This document shows positions 39,121 to 50,633 of a stretch of 64,000 nt of DNA, piece after piece; the stretch's first letter is position 1, and every line of letters begins with the position of its first letter. The DNA is from Flavobacteriales bacterium. GTDB taxonomy: Bacteria > Bacteroidota > Bacteroidia > UBA10329. The stretch spans positions 1,335-65,334 of the forward strand of contig JAIPBJ010000004.1 of NCBI GenBank assembly GCA_021739625.1, given 5' to 3'. A program made the translations under genes and the position numbers. The notes beneath the pieces are model-generated. The model was not told where the DNA came from, did not search any database, and saw only the letters and a list, made by a program, of their open reading frames with translations.

Positions 39121-40580
39121 GGTGTCCTCTTCCTTTTGGACTGCACCCACATATCGAATCGGATCACCTCGGCCCCTTCCGGACTCCACTCATAACCTTC
39201 AGCCTCGGCAAGTGACAGTTTCAGACCCTCCTCGGCCTTTTTGCCCAGATTGTCAAACGCCAATCCCTTGCGCAGAATGGCACTCAGCATCTCGATGGCC
39301 GCCTTCACCCTTGGGGTGCCCAGTTTGCGATAACGGGCAATGAATTTTCGCAGGGTCTGCAATTTGAAGTCGATCCACTCCTCGTCCCGCTGTTCCACCA
39401 TCGCCATCATCTCCAAGATTCGGAACCACACGTTCCATTCGTCCTGCTGTTTGATGAGATACCCATCCTGATTCAGAATGTGGAATGCACCGTCCGCATC
39501 CCCTGTATTCAGCAGGGCACATGCCTGCAAGTAGTACCAGCGTGGCAGGGTGACAGGTCTGGCCTTGATGCGCTGATGGGCCAGAGCCTCTTCAACCGTG
39601 CGAAGAGATGCAGCAAAGTCGCCCATGCCCAGTTGGGAACGGAAGAGCATCTCCATGTTGGCGAGACGGTTATTGCCCGCAACTGGAAAGTTCTTGTCTG
39701 CTTTTTCGAAATGGACTGCCGCATTGGCATAATCCCGAGTATGGAGATAGGCTGACCCAAGCATCTGGTTTGCCCCAGCCATGTTGTTCTTGGACCAGAT
39801 GGAGGGGTTATTGCCTACCAGTTCAATAAAGGCTTTTCCAGCTTTGATCGAGTCGGTGTAAAGATGATTTCGATTCGCGTATTCGATGTACGCGAGGTAG
39901 TACCAGAACCCGACACGGGCCGAACCACTGTTGTTGTAAAGCGTTTTGAGCTCTTCGATACGCTCCGTCCTCAATATTCCGTCAGAGATCTCTTCAGTTT
40001 CTTTATACAGATGGGGAAGGGTCAGGGCTAATGATATTTCTTCAGACCTAAGGATGCCTGCCCATATGCCCATATTCTTGTTGATGGCATCATTGAGTTC
40101 ATGCAGCTGCCTAACATCTGTAATCAGATGCACCATCTCCCTGACCAATTGATCAATCAGAATATGCTCCGCTACGAGTTCATATTTTATGGCCTGTGCC
40201 TTGGCAGCCTTCAGGATTTCAACACCCTCTTTGAATGCTCCTCGAGGAATAAGCACGTACGCCTGCGCAAGTTTCTTTCTGCATTCGAAAGCAGCTACCC
40301 GATTGGGCTGCGGGATGCGTTTGGCCGATTCCTGAAGTAATAGGATGTTCAACATGTCATCTCTAAGGCGCGTCTTCAAATGACTGAACGCGGAACTACC
40401 ATGAGTCCTGCCAAGGGCTATCTGTGCATCTTCATTGGATTGCACTTTTCCAGCGTCAACAAGATTGAATAACTCCAATCTGAGGCGATCCTCTCCATTT
40501 GTTGTGGCAGAATACAGGTGGCGCAACAGTCTTTTTTCGCCCTTGCGGAGGATTTTCACAATACCGATCAGTCGTTCCAT
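39102..40580 (-). CDS. All-helical (TPR-like) protein of unknown function, paralog 2
   Basis: 492 aa. N-terminus LIGIVKILRKGEKRLLRHL and C-terminus DMWVQSKRKRTP align with 30647..32146. Confidence 0.5.
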   Translation of the reverse strand: MERLIGIVKILRKGEKRLLRHLYSATTNGEDRLRLELFNLVDAGKVQSNEDAQIALGRTHGSSAFSHLKTRLRDDMLNILLLQESAKRIPQPNRVAAFECRKKLAQAYVLIPRGAFKEGVEILKAAKAQAIKYELVAEHILIDQLVREMVHLITDVRQLHELNDAINKNMGIWAGILRSEEISLALTLPHLYKETEEISDGILRTERIEELKTLYNNSGSARVGFWYYLAYIEYANRNHLYTDSIKAGKAFIELVGNNPSIWSKNNMAGANQMLGSAYLHTRDYANAAVHFEKADKNFPVAGNNRLANMEMLFRSQLGMGDFAASLRTVEEALAHQRIKARPVTLPRWYYLQACALLNTGDADGAFHILNQDGYLIKQQDEWNVWFRILEMMAMVEQRDEEWIDFKLQTLRKFIARYRKLGTPRVKAAIEMLSAILRKGLAFDNLGKKAEEGLKLSLAEAEGYEWSPEGAEVIRFDMWVQSKRKRTPQESGE

Positions 40581-41334
40581 AGTGCTGGCCGAAGGCGTTT
40601 ATCGACAAATATCGGCCCTTTATATGGCCGAAAATAACCCTGCGACCATAGTTTTGAACACTTCATCGAAAATAAATGAAAATTATTGTCATTGATAATC
40701 AATTAGATACGAATAAAATGAGTAAAACTCGGGACGCAACGGTTGCGGATTCGAATCAATCCTATACATTTGGGGCGTCCATCGGTTGAATAGGAACATT
40801 CATCGAGGGATTGGAACAATTCATCGAAACTAAGAACCCATAAAAAACTAAGAGTCATGGAACTTTTGCTCGCTTTCCTCATTGCATTCGGAGTAGTATC
40901 TTCTGGCGACCGCGCCACTGCGTCTTTGACCCAGTCTCAGGCCGAGGATCTCGTGAAGCAGAACAATCTTGAAAAGGACTTTATCATCTTCGGTCAGGAG
41001 GCTGATGATTTCTGATAAATCTGCCCGACTTGCAGTCCCTTTGGTGGGGGTTGACTGAGTCGGACAAACATAGGGATACTGCCATTTCAGGCGGTCATTC
41101 CGATTTGAAATAGGAAAGTTCACTTTCCGTTGACTGTGCGGAGTGCTCCGCTGAGTCAATAATTCGTGCGCCAGCACGGCCGAACAGGTTGTAAATCACC
41201 TGATTGGTCGTGTATTGGCGTTTTTTTGTTTGTCACATTCAGGCTTCGATTTCCTTGTAGGGCGGTTTTCACCCCTCTACTTTTGGTGCATCAAATCGAT
41301 AATCACTCAACCGCAACACCAAAAATCAAAGGCC

Positions 41335-41697
41335 ATGAACGCACTTCGCCTCCCATCGAACGATCAGGAAAGGATGCAGCTTCTCAATCGCATCTATGCA
41401 AAAGGTCTTAGCACCCCAAAGAATGAATTGGCCTTTTCGCCCGAATTGCTGACCTATCTCAGGCCGTTCATCGCAAAGCTGCGCGATGAGGCGACAAATG
41501 AAGATGGTTCGGCTGCTAACCTTGGTCTGGTAAGACGGGTGGTGGATGAGCTTATAGGTGACATCTGCACCGAGGTGGAGGCCGCATGTCTTCGGATGGG
41601 TGGAAAAAGAGGCGAGCACTTGGCCGCTGACTATGGTCTTCAGTTCATCTTCAACCCGTTCGAGGCAGAGTATTTCCGCACACTGAAAGTAGCTTGA
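41335..41697 (+). CDS. Hypothetical protein
   Basis: ORF from MNALRL in AT-rich DNA; no recognisable domain. Confidence 0.3.
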   Translation: MNALRLPSNDQERMQLLNRIYAKGLSTPKNELAFSPELLTYLRPFIAKLRDEATNEDGSAANLGLVRRVVDELIGDICTEVEAACLRMGGKRGEHLAADYGLQFIFNPFEAEYFRTLKVA

Positions 41698-41734
41698 AAG
41701 TCAGTAGCCCATTCACCATCAAACCGGAAAGGTC

Positions 41735-42013
41735 ATGTGTCCATCAGATGTTTACAATATGCCTGTGATGCCCGGTCAATCATTCGGCCCTGAGGCTGAG
41801 GTGTTCCGTGCAACCGATTGCTATCCGTGCAGCATCATGCTCAAGGAAAAACAACATATTCAGGATGTCCGCATTCAGGTGAAGACCGACCGCAGTGAAT
41901 GGAAGGATTATGAGGAGGGCGACCTCATCATAGGCAGATCGGTACTATGCCGCATGTCAGCCGATGGTATCGGAGGCCCCACTCATTTGAAGATCGAGGT
42001 ATTCCATACTTGA
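41735..42013 (+). CDS. Hypothetical small protein
   Basis: 92-aa ORF; no recognisable domain. Confidence 0.25.
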   Translation: MCPSDVYNMPVMPGQSFGPEAEVFRATDCYPCSIMLKEKQHIQDVRIQVKTDRSEWKDYEEGDLIIGRSVLCRMSADGIGGPTHLKIEVFHT

Positions 42014-42017
42014 TAGG

Positions 42018-42374
42018 TCATCTGCTCGCTCGATAGGCGATAGCAAGGCACACGCCCAGACTCAGCATGACATTGACAGCGGCAACCCAAGGGTTGCCGT
42101 TCTTTATTAAATGGACAGTTTCGAAACTGAAAGTGGAGAATGTGCTGAATCCACCGCAGAAACCGATGATCAGCAGTGGCCTTGCCCATCGAGGCGCATT
42201 GTTGTCGGCCATCAGCAGCATGAGTACTGCCAGCAATATCAAACAGCTCAGCGTGTTGCTGATGAATGTCGCAATAGGATAGCTGCCCGAGTAGTGCTTT
42301 GCCACAAGAGATGCCACCGCATAGCGGGCCATGCATCCCATTCCGCCACCAATGAAAACCAACAGATACGTCAT
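42018..42374 (-). CDS. crcB: Fluoride ion channel CrcB/FluC
   Basis: 118 aa, 4 TM helices, GFCGGFSTFSTF motif. Confidence 0.85.
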   Translation of the reverse strand: MTYLLVFIGGGMGCMARYAVASLVAKHYSGSYPIATFISNTLSCLILLAVLMLLMADNNAPRWARPLLIIGFCGGFSTFSTFSFETVHLIKNGNPWVAAVNVMLSLGVCLAIAYRASR

Positions 42375-42946
42375 CCTTTAAGTCTGATCAATCGGAGGCA
42401 CAGTCGGCCCATTGCAAGTCCCAAGGTGATTCCGAAAAGTGCTCCGATGATCACGTCCAATGGATAGTGCACGCCAAGCCAGATACGGCTCATGCCTACC
42501 GCGGTGGCCCAAAGAAACAAAAGCAGTGGCCAATGCAAATTGCGATGGTTGAGAAGTGTGACCAGAAGGGCAGACAGGCCGAACACGTTGGCAGCGTGGG
42601 ATGAGATGAATCCGTACATGCCGCCACAACTTGATTTCACAAGCCTCACCTGTTCCATTATCGATGGGTCATGACATGGCCGCAACCGCTGAAACACGTT
42701 CTTGAACAGATGGACCGAACCCTGATCTGTACATGTCAAGAGCAGTATGGTTCCTAAGGTTATCAACAGGAAAGACCGGAATCCGAATTCCTTCCATAGG
42801 ATGAAGGCAAGGAAAGCGTACAGCGGAATGGCGGACCATTTGCTGCTCAGCAGCAGCATGACAGGGTCTATGAAAGGTAGGGACTCACCCCATCCATTCA
42901 CAAGGAGGAACAGTTTGCGGTCGATCTGAAGGGGCCAATCGAGCAA
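42371..42946 (-). CDS. PAP2 family phosphatase (membrane)
   Basis: KxxxQRLRP ... SSHA ... SRIWLGVHYPLD PAP2 motifs. Confidence 0.8.
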   Translation of the reverse strand: MLDWPLQIDRKLFLLVNGWGESLPFIDPVMLLLSSKWSAIPLYAFLAFILWKEFGFRSFLLITLGTILLLTCTDQGSVHLFKNVFQRLRPCHDPSIMEQVRLVKSSCGGMYGFISSHAANVFGLSALLVTLLNHRNLHWPLLLFLWATAVGMSRIWLGVHYPLDVIIGALFGITLGLAMGRLCLRLIRLKG

Positions 42947-42967
42947 AAGAGAGTTTATTGTTGTAAA

Positions 42968-43861
42968 TCAGTGGACGATGATGCGCCTGACCATCACGCT
43001 TTCACGACCTTGAACCCTGAGCAGGTGAAGTCCCGGGACAAGACAGCTGAGGTCGAGTGTGGTTCGGTCGCCAGATATCCCCTGGTGCATCTCAAGCTGT
43101 CCATTGACTCCATGAATAGTCACGATCCATTGGTCGGTATATGGAAAATGTACACTCAATGGCCCGTCTGTTGGATTGGGCCACACTGCCATTTCGGTTG
43201 TGAGGTCTTCAATTCCCGCAGGGTCATTCACATCCACCAAGGCGAAAATGGCAAGATCCACATCCAACCCCCACGAGAATGCACTTACCACGGTCAGCCA
43301 ATCACCAGCAGCATCCTGTTCCCATGCCTCCTGACGTTCACCTCCATCGCCATCTGTTGTGCTCAGCAAAGCAACAGTGTCACCGGCCGCAATCATCGTA
43401 AGGTCAATTCCGATAGAGAAACGATCGATAAGCACGAGATTGGAATCGCTGAGGTCAACTTCGAACAGACTTCCATCAATTGGAAGGTCAGACACCGGAA
43501 TATCCTTGACAGCAAGTATGCTGTCAGGTGCCAGACCGTCAACATATCCGAAGAGTCCAAGACCCCGTCCGTTGTTGGCATAGACTGAGATTCTGATCTT
43601 TGACTGAGGATTGGCCGAGGTGGTTGTTACTGCCCCGAACCGTATCAAGGCCCCGCGAAGCACCGAAGACTCGGAATGCGAAAAGCTCTGAGCCTTCACT
43701 TGGTCTCCATAACCATTGTTGCCAAAGGCATAACCACCATTTGGGGATGTGTAAAGTAAAGGAGTTCCTTCATGGAAACGTTGCCATCCGAGTGTGTCGG
43801 TGACCTGAGCCGAAGCCGTGAGTGCGAATGGCATCAATAAGGCAAATACAAGTCTGAGCAT
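42968..43861 (-). CDS. Secreted hypothetical protein with T9SS C-terminal domain
   Basis: Signal peptide. C-terminus ...GLHLLRVQGRESVMVRRIIVH is a Por CTD. Confidence 0.6.
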   Translation of the reverse strand: MLRLVFALLMPFALTASAQVTDTLGWQRFHEGTPLLYTSPNGGYAFGNNGYGDQVKAQSFSHSESSVLRGALIRFGAVTTTSANPQSKIRISVYANNGRGLGLFGYVDGLAPDSILAVKDIPVSDLPIDGSLFEVDLSDSNLVLIDRFSIGIDLTMIAAGDTVALLSTTDGDGGERQEAWEQDAAGDWLTVVSAFSWGLDVDLAIFALVDVNDPAGIEDLTTEMAVWPNPTDGPLSVHFPYTDQWIVTIHGVNGQLEMHQGISGDRTTLDLSCLVPGLHLLRVQGRESVMVRRIIVH

Positions 43862-44129
43862 GGGGCAAAGGTAAACGAGTGGAAGGAAGATGATGTGGTT
43901 CCTTTGAGCAACTGAAAACGGCTCTTCAAGGCCCGGTCGTCATTCCTGCAGGGGCATTTCCAATTGTGGGAAACAGGTTGGTTGCAGCTAAGAAATGGGC
44001 CGTGATCAGCGGAATCGTCCCATCTAAAACCCGTACTTTCGCGCCCTTGTTCAAATGGCCGTCAGAATGCTCCAGCGCGGGCTTCAGAAGCCAGTTGGCA
44101 TAGCCATTCAAACGCATTTCCCCTACAAT

Positions 44130-47100
44130 ATGGTAGAGTTCATCAATAGCCTGATGCGCAAGTTCTTCGGGTCAAAGGCCGACAAGGATATTCAGGAGGC
44201 ACAACCGTATGTTGTGCAGATCAATGAGTTTTTCGAGCAATATAGGTTGCTTACAAATGACCAGCTGCGAGCCAAAACGGTCGAACTGAAGCAGCGTATA
44301 GCAGATGCACTGAAGGCTGAGTATGATGAGATTGACCGATTTAAGGAAGAGGCTGAGGCGGTTGGTACATCGGTGGAGCAGAAAGAGGCACTCTACGAGC
44401 GTATCGACACCATCGAGAAAACGGTCACCGAGAAGATAGAGGAGGTGCTCAAAGGTCTATTGGCCGAGGCTTATGCTGTGGTGAAAGAGACCGCAAAACG
44501 CTTCACTGAAAATGATTCGCTTGAAGTGACCGCCACAGAAAAGGACCGTGAGCTGGCGGTGATATGGGATCACATCAGCATTGTGGGCAACAATGCCGTG
44601 TATCAGACCAAATGGAGTGCGGGCGGCACAGAGGTGAATTGGGACATGGTGCACTATGATGTGCAGCTCATAGGAGGCTATTTCCTGCACAAGGGCACCA
44701 TTGCCGAGATGGCCACCGGTGAGGGAAAGACACTGGTGGCGACCTTGCCGGTCTATCTCAATGCCCTGCCTGGTCGCGGTGTCCATGTGGTAACGGTGAA
44801 CGATTATCTCGCTAAACGGGACAGTGAGTGGATGGGCCCGCTCTATCAGTTCCATGGCATGGATGTGGATTGCATTGATAAGCATCGGCCCAACAGCGAG
44901 GAGAGAAGAAGTGCTTACCGTGCTGACATCACTTTCGGCACCAACAACGAGTTCGGTTTCGACTATCTGCGCGACAACATGGCACATAGTCCTGAAGATC
45001 TGGTGCAGCGTAAGCACAATTTCGCCATTGTGGATGAGGTGGACAGTGTGTTCATAGACGATGCCCGTACCCCGCTCATCATCTCCGGGCCAGTTCCGCA
45101 AGGTGACCAGCACGAATTTCAGGAGTTGAAACCCAAGGTGGAACAACTGCTCCGTGTGCAGCGCGATTATATTACCCACACGCTGGCCGAGGCGAAGAAA
45201 TTTATTGCTGAGAAGAACGAGAAGGAAGGAGGGATGGCGTTGCTGCGCTGCTATCGCGGCCTGCCCAAGAACAAGCCGCTCATCAAGTATCTGAGCGAGC
45301 CGGGCGTGAAGCAGATTCTCCAGAAAACGGAGAACTACTATATGCAGGATCAGAACAAGGAGATGCACAAGGTGGATGCAGAGCTATTCTTCGTCATTGA
45401 TGAGAAGCACAACACCATTGAGCTGACCGAGAAGGGGCTGGAGCTCATTACCCGCAACATGGAGGACGATCAGTTCTTCGTGCTCACCGATGTGGGATCG
45501 GAAATGGCCATCATTGAGAATTCAGGACTTTCTGCCGAAGAGAAGGCGAAGAAGAAGGACGTGGTGATGAGGGATTTCGCCATCAAGAGCCAGCGCGTTC
45601 ACAGCATGAACCAGTTGTTCAAGGCCTATACCCTGTTTGAGAAGGATGTGGAGTATGTGGTGATGGACAACAAGGTCAAGATTGTGGATGAGCAGACTGG
45701 ACGGGTCATGGACGGTCGCAGATATTCTGATGGACTGCATCAGGCCATTGAGGCCAAAGAGAATCTCAAGGTGGAGGCCAGCACACAGACATGGGCCACG
45801 GTAACGCTTCAGAACTACTTCCGTCTTTACAAGAAGCTTGCGGGCATGACCGGCACGGCTGAGACCGAGGCCAAAGAACTGTGGGACATCTACAAACTGG
45901 ACGTGGTGGTCATCCCTACCAACCGTCCCATTACCCGCGATGACCGTGAGGATCTGGTGTATAAGACCACCCGCGAGAAGTACAATGCGGTCATTGATGA
46001 GATTGTGAACCTCACTCAAAATGGTCGGCCGGTCCTCGTGGGCACCACTTCTGTTGAAATATCCGAACTGCTGAGCAGAATGCTCAAACTGCGGAAGATC
46101 GAGCATCAGGTCCTCAATGCCAAGCTGCATGCCAGAGAGGCCGACATTGTGGCCGAAGCAGGCCGCCCCGGGGCGGTGACCATCGCCACCAACATGGCGG
46201 GCCGTGGTACAGACATAAAGCTGCGCGAGGGAGTGAAAGAGGCCGGAGGTCTGGCCATCATCGGCACCGAAAGGCACGAGAGCCGAAGGGTGGACCGCCA
46301 GCTGCGTGGCCGTGCGGGCCGTCAGGGCGACCCTGGTTCATCGCAGTTCTACGTGTCATTGGAAGACAACCTCATGCGCCTGTTCGGTTCAGACCGCATC
46401 GCCAAACTCATGGACCGTATGGGATATGAGGAGGGTGAGGTGATTCAGCACGGAATGGTGACCAAGAGCATCGAGCGCGCTCAGAAAAAGGTAGAGGAGA
46501 ACAACTTCGGGGTGCGGAAACGACTGTTGGAGTATGATGATGTGATGAACTCCCAGCGGGAGGTCATCTACAAGCGCAGATATCACGCGCTGATAGGTGA
46601 ACGCCTGTCGGTAGATGTGCTGAACATGATCCATGACACTACCACATCATTGGTGGATGAGGGAATTTCATCCAAAGATTTTGAGAATTTCAAACTCAAT
46701 ATGATCATGACTTTCGGTACCGATCCGGAGCTGGAAGAGCAGGAATTCCACAATGGCCGTCCTGATGCGATTACGGATCGATTGGTATCGCAGCTCATTG
46801 AGCGTTATGAACGCAAGAAGGCCAGTGTGGCCGAACGTGCATTTCCTGTCATCGCTAACGTGTTTGAGACTCAGGGTGAGAAATTCACCAACATCGTCAT
46901 CCCTTTCACGGACGGAATCAAGAGTCTCAATGTGGTCGTCAATCTCAAGAACACCTATGAGAAACGGGGCACCGACCTGCCTCTGGAGTTCGAGAAGAAC
47001 ATCGTGCTTGCCATAATTGACCAGCAGTGGAAGGACCATTTGCGCGAAATGGATGAGCTGAAGACCTCGGTGCAGAACGCCAGTTATGAGCAGAAAGACC

Positions 47101-47447
47101 CGCTCCTCATCTACAAGTTCGAGTCTTATGAGCTGTTCAAGCTGATGCTTGACCGCATGAACCGTGAGGCCATCTCCTTCCTTTTCCGAGGCGACCTGCC
47201 CAATGCGGAGAACACTCAGGTGCGGCAGGCACCACAGCAACAGCAACAGCGCGTGGTGGCATCCAAGGCGGAGTTGCCAGGCAATGTCAGTTCATCTGCA
47301 CCAACGCAAGGACAGCCTCAGGGACGGCCGATGCCGCCTCCACCAGTAGAAAAACCACAGCCCGTGCATGTGGGTGAGAAGATTGAACGCAACGCTCCTT
47401 GTCCATGCGGCAGCGGCAAGAAATACAAGCAATGTCACGGGAAGTGA
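44130..47447 (+). CDS. secA: Preprotein translocase ATPase SecA
   Basis: Start [20 protein letters not shown] motor motifs, and a C-terminal zinc finger [15 protein letters not shown]. Confidence 0.95.
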   Translation: MVEFINSLMRKFFGSKADKDIQEAQPYVVQINEFFEQYRLLTNDQLRAKTVELKQRIADALKAEYDEIDRFKEEAEAVGTSVEQKEALYERIDTIEKTVTEKIEEVLKGLLAEAYAVVKETAKRFTENDSLEVTATEKDRELAVIWDHISIVGNNAVYQTKWSAGGTEVNWDMVHYDVQLIGGYFLHKGTIAEMATGEGKTLVATLPVYLNALPGRGVHVVTVNDYLAKRDSEWMGPLYQFHGMDVDCIDKHRPNSEERRSAYRADITFGTNNEFGFDYLRDNMAHSPEDLVQRKHNFAIVDEVDSVFIDDARTPLIISGPVPQGDQHEFQELKPKVEQLLRVQRDYITHTLAEAKKFIAEKNEKEGGMALLRCYRGLPKNKPLIKYLSEPGVKQILQKTENYYMQDQNKEMHKVDAELFFVIDEKHNTIELTEKGLELITRNMEDDQFFVLTDVGSEMAIIENSGLSAEEKAKKKDVVMRDFAIKSQRVHSMNQLFKAYTLFEKDVEYVVMDNKVKIVDEQTGRVMDGRRYSDGLHQAIEAKENLKVEASTQTWATVTLQNYFRLYKKLAGMTGTAETEAKELWDIYKLDVVVIPTNRPITRDDREDLVYKTTREKYNAVIDEIVNLTQNGRPVLVGTTSVEISELLSRMLKLRKIEHQVLNAKLHAREADIVAEAGRPGAVTIATNMAGRGTDIKLREGVKEAGGLAIIGTERHESRRVDRQLRGRAGRQGDPGSSQFYVSLEDNLMRLFGSDRIAKLMDRMGYEEGEVIQHGMVTKSIERAQKKVEENNFGVRKRLLEYDDVMNSQREVIYKRRYHALIGERLSVDVLNMIHDTTTSLVDEGISSKDFENFKLNMIMTFGTDPELEEQEFHNGRPDAITDRLVSQLIERYERKKASVAERAFPVIANVFETQGEKFTNIVIPFTDGIKSLNVVVNLKNTYEKRGTDLPLEFEKNIVLAIIDQQWKDHLREMDELKTSVQNASYEQKDPLLIYKFESYELFKLMLDRMNREAISFLFRGDLPNAENTQVRQAPQQQQQRVVASKAELPGNVSSSAPTQGQPQGRPMPPPPVEKPQPVHVGEKIERNAPCPCGSGKKYKQCHGK

Positions 47448-47548
47448 CATTTCGGTTCACTGTGCAAGGAACCAGGGCGATTTCTACAAGATGTGCGCTC
47501 CTGTGCCATGGTCACGATGCAATTCTTCGGTGACCCACCGTTAGCAGT

Positions 47549-48445
47549 TTACTGAACAATGGCCTTGAGGCCTCTCACGCCCATGTCCACAGGCACGTCA
47601 CCATCCAGTGGGTCATACTGGCCGTTTCCATCGGGGTCGCTCCATTCAAAGCTGTTGTTGGTAGAGATGCTGATCAGAACCTCAATGTTCTCGGTCTCGT
47701 TGCCAGTGATCTGCAACGGAATTTCAAAACTTCCAGTGACAAGACAGCTCCCGGCCGGAATGGGACTTGTGGAGGCAAGCGGGTTGGGCACCGTGATGAA
47801 ACCCTCAGGCACCTGACCCTCGGTCACGGAAACATAATCCTGGCCCAACACATTGACAACCGTCTCAAAACCCCAATAGCCCTGCAATCTGTTGCCATTC
47901 ACAGCTACAGACTCATTGCCGATGTTGTAGGTTGTGAGATAGTTGTTGAATCCGATGAAGGAGGCCAGTGTACCCGTCAATTGGTTGAATCCTTGAGCGT
48001 TGAACAGGATGTTGTAGTTCTGATAGCTTAGAGAGATGCGGATGTATGGATAGCTGTTGGCTGCAATGGAACTGAGTGGGACCGAGAGGAAGATCTCGTG
48101 CTCGCCAACAATCACCGCCTGACTGAAATCTATGGCATTGCCGCCTCCGGCAGTTGTCTCAGGTGCCCTGTAAAGCAGTTGTCCATCGCCCAATTGCGTG
48201 ATGGCGTTTGGAATGAGTTCCACATAATGTGCAGATATCTTGTTGAAATCGGGCGATTGCGCTGCATTGCCCTGCGGAACAATGACCGGCTGCCCGAAGT
48301 TATCCAATCGCTCCTGCTGGCTGTCGAACTTGAAACGGAACACGAGCTGGGGTTCCTGAGGTGTATTGTCCGTGTCTGTGTCACAGCTTATCTGTGCACA
48401 GATGACAAGGCCCAGAAGGGCGAAAAGAGGAAATCGTGTGGGCAT
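47549..48445 (-). CDS. Lipoprotein of unknown function
   Basis: MPTRFPLFALLGLVICAQISCD lipobox; 298 aa. Confidence 0.5.
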   Translation of the reverse strand: MPTRFPLFALLGLVICAQISCDTDTDNTPQEPQLVFRFKFDSQQERLDNFGQPVIVPQGNAAQSPDFNKISAHYVELIPNAITQLGDGQLLYRAPETTAGGGNAIDFSQAVIVGEHEIFLSVPLSSIAANSYPYIRISLSYQNYNILFNAQGFNQLTGTLASFIGFNNYLTTYNIGNESVAVNGNRLQGYWGFETVVNVLGQDYVSVTEGQVPEGFITVPNPLASTSPIPAGSCLVTGSFEIPLQITGNETENIEVLISISTNNSFEWSDPDGNGQYDPLDGDVPVDMGVRGLKAIVQ

Positions 48446-48619
48446 GATTCGGGGGTTTGGGGGATTAGATGATATTTTTTTCGATTCAAATCACTTGAAT
48501 CAATGTCAAGGATGAGCACTCTCAAATAGGTATGAACAGCATTGACACTACCTGCTTATGGCCTGAAGCCAAGGCGCTGAATGCTTAGTAGCAGATTTGG
48601 ACGCACCGGAGGCGCAGGA

Positions 48620-49924
48620 CTAAAATTTGTCCACCCCATCCGCCTTTTCCAGCACTTTCTCAACCAGTCCGTCCTTGTATCTGACTTTGAGGGTCACCTG
48701 ACCCTCGCGGTCCCAATATGTGTTGGTGCCGTGCATCCGGCCGTTCTTGTAATAGCTCACAAACCACTTTTCGCCCCGCTCATACCAACCTTGGGCCATT
48801 CCGTTCTGCCGGCCGGCCAGGTAATTCAGTTCCTGGAATTTGTTGCCATTTACATAATAGAGCTTCCAAAGCCCGTCCTTCTGACCCTTCACATAACTGC
48901 CCTCGGCACGAAGCTGGCCGTTGTCGTGCCACTCTTTGTTGTAGCCATGCTCAAGCCCTTCCTCATAGCTCTTCTCATATTGCACTATACCGCTCGGATA
49001 CCACAGTTTGGCATTGCCGTTACGCAGACCGTCCTTGTAGTCCACAATGAACTGCGGCTCGCTGTTGTCAAAGAATCCCAGCCATTGTCCCACCATCTTG
49101 CCATCGATGAACTCGCCTTTCTCTTTTTCCTTGCCGTTCCTGTGCCAAGAAACCCAGATGCCGGTCTCCTTGTCGTTGTTGAAACTGCCTTTACTGAATT
49201 GCTTACCATCCTCAAAGAACCGGTTCCACTCACCAGTTTTCAGGCCATTTGAGAAATTGCCCCGTTTCCAGAGTTTGCCTCCATCCTCATAATAGTATTC
49301 CCATGTGCCGGTGATATGGTCCTGCGCGAAGCTTCCTTTACTGCCTAGTGTACCGTTCTCATAATAGAATTTCCATTCGCCCTCGCGGAGGTCTGCATTG
49401 AATCTGCCCTCCATTTCCACCTTGCCATTCTCATAATACCACTTGAAAGCCCCTTGTTTTTTGCCATCCGCCATTTCACCGTCCACATTCACCTTCCCGT
49501 TTTGGAAATATTCCACGTGCCGACCGTGTTCCTCGTCATTTTTGAAATTCAGCTCCTTCTGTATCTTTCCATCAGGGAAGTAGTGGTTCCAACCGCCATG
49601 ACGCTTGCCATCCTTGACCTGTCCTTCAAATTCCACTTTTTCGTTGTCATAATAACTGGCGTTACTCCCATTCTCCATCTGTTGGTCACTCAGGAGCTTG
49701 CCGTTTCTGTAGAAACATTTCCAATGGCCTGTCTTTTCTCCAGCGGCATAGCTGCCTTCGCAGAAGGGTTCGCCTCCCTCATACCATGATCTGAACGGGC
49801 CGTCTTTAAGGCCATCGATAGTGGTGCCCTGTTCCTTCAAAGTGCCGTTGGGCCATTTCTCCTCAAACACCTGTTGCGAAGCGGCAAGGAAAGGAAGGAA
49901 GATTAGAATGAGTATGAAGCGCAT
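48620..49924 (-). CDS. Secreted MORN-repeat (YwqK-like) protein
   Basis: Signal peptide and many G-x-W-x-x-[YF]-Y-x-N-G-x repeats. Confidence 0.7.
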   Translation of the reverse strand: MRFILILIFLPFLAASQQVFEEKWPNGTLKEQGTTIDGLKDGPFRSWYEGGEPFCEGSYAAGEKTGHWKCFYRNGKLLSDQQMENGSNASYYDNEKVEFEGQVKDGKRHGGWNHYFPDGKIQKELNFKNDEEHGRHVEYFQNGKVNVDGEMADGKKQGAFKWYYENGKVEMEGRFNADLREGEWKFYYENGTLGSKGSFAQDHITGTWEYYYEDGGKLWKRGNFSNGLKTGEWNRFFEDGKQFSKGSFNNDKETGIWVSWHRNGKEKEKGEFIDGKMVGQWLGFFDNSEPQFIVDYKDGLRNGNAKLWYPSGIVQYEKSYEEGLEHGYNKEWHDNGQLRAEGSYVKGQKDGLWKLYYVNGNKFQELNYLAGRQNGMAQGWYERGEKWFVSYYKNGRMHGTNTYWDREGQVTLKVRYKDGLVEKVLEKADGVDKF

Positions 49925-49987
49925 CTGGGGGGATGAATTATTTATGATTGACCGGTCGCAGATTAACGAATTTGAACCTTGGAATAT

Positions 49988-50284
49988 TTAATTCAGAACT
50001 AACTCCGTCACCATCTCACTGCCCAATTCTTTGTTCAGACTTTCAACGATCTGCGTCCGCGCAAAGGAAAGTTCGTGGCGTATGGCAGCACTGTCCAACG
50101 TTACAGTGAGCCGACCGTTGCGGAATGAGACGGAGCTGGTGTGGTTCTTCACCATCAGACCTAGCAGGTCACCCCAGAGGTGTACTATCTGGGTCTCCTT
50201 TGCCCTGCGCGCCATCGGGTGGCCGTTGAGCCAATCGTCAATGACGTCCTTGAGGGGCTGCTGGTTGGAAGTGCGTCTGGCCAT
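49988..50284 (-). CDS. DUF721-like small protein
   Basis: 98 aa from MARRTS. The track ORF extends upstream across two tRNA genes; that extension is spurious. Confidence 0.55.
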   Translation of the reverse strand: MARRTSNQQPLKDVIDDWLNGHPMARRAKETQIVHLWGDLLGLMVKNHTSSVSFRNGRLTVTLDSAAIRHELSFARTQIVESLNKELGSEMVTELVLN

Positions 50285-50344
50285 GTGAAGATGCCCACGA
50301 AAATACGGAGCACTTGTGCAGAAATCTTCCGCTTTTATTGAAAC

Positions 50345-50430
50345 GTACCCGGAGCGGGGGTCGAACCCGCACGGCCGCAATGGCCACAGGATTTTAAGTC
50401 CTGCGTGTCTACCGATTCCACCATCCGGGC
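50345..50430 (-). tRNA. tRNA-Leu (anticodon UAA)
   Basis: Reverse complement gcccggatggtggaatcggtagacacgcaggacTTAAAATcctgt...gggttcgacccccgctccgggta. Acceptor gcccgga/tccgggt, a long variable arm, and a GGTTCGA T-loop. Confidence 0.85.
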
Positions 50431-50494
50431 AGCAGTGCTGCAATATGCACAAAAAGAAAATCCTCCACAGGGGAGGATTCACTTTCGGTATTAT

Positions 50495-50570
<76 letters not shown>

Positions 50571-50633
50571 GTTTGGGGCTGCAAATGTAGATGATTCTTT
50601 GATTTTGGGATTGAGCGGTTGAATTTTTTTCAA

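Noticed and set aside
40715-40770. tRNA-like fragment (GGATTCGAATC T-loop-like) as a possible att site
   Set aside because: Only a weak T-arm-like stem-loop is present. No acceptor or anticodon arms can be drawn and there is no matching direct repeat elsewhere in the window.
44457-47246. Long minus-strand ORFs (303, 251 and 192 aa)
   Set aside because: They are antisense to secA.
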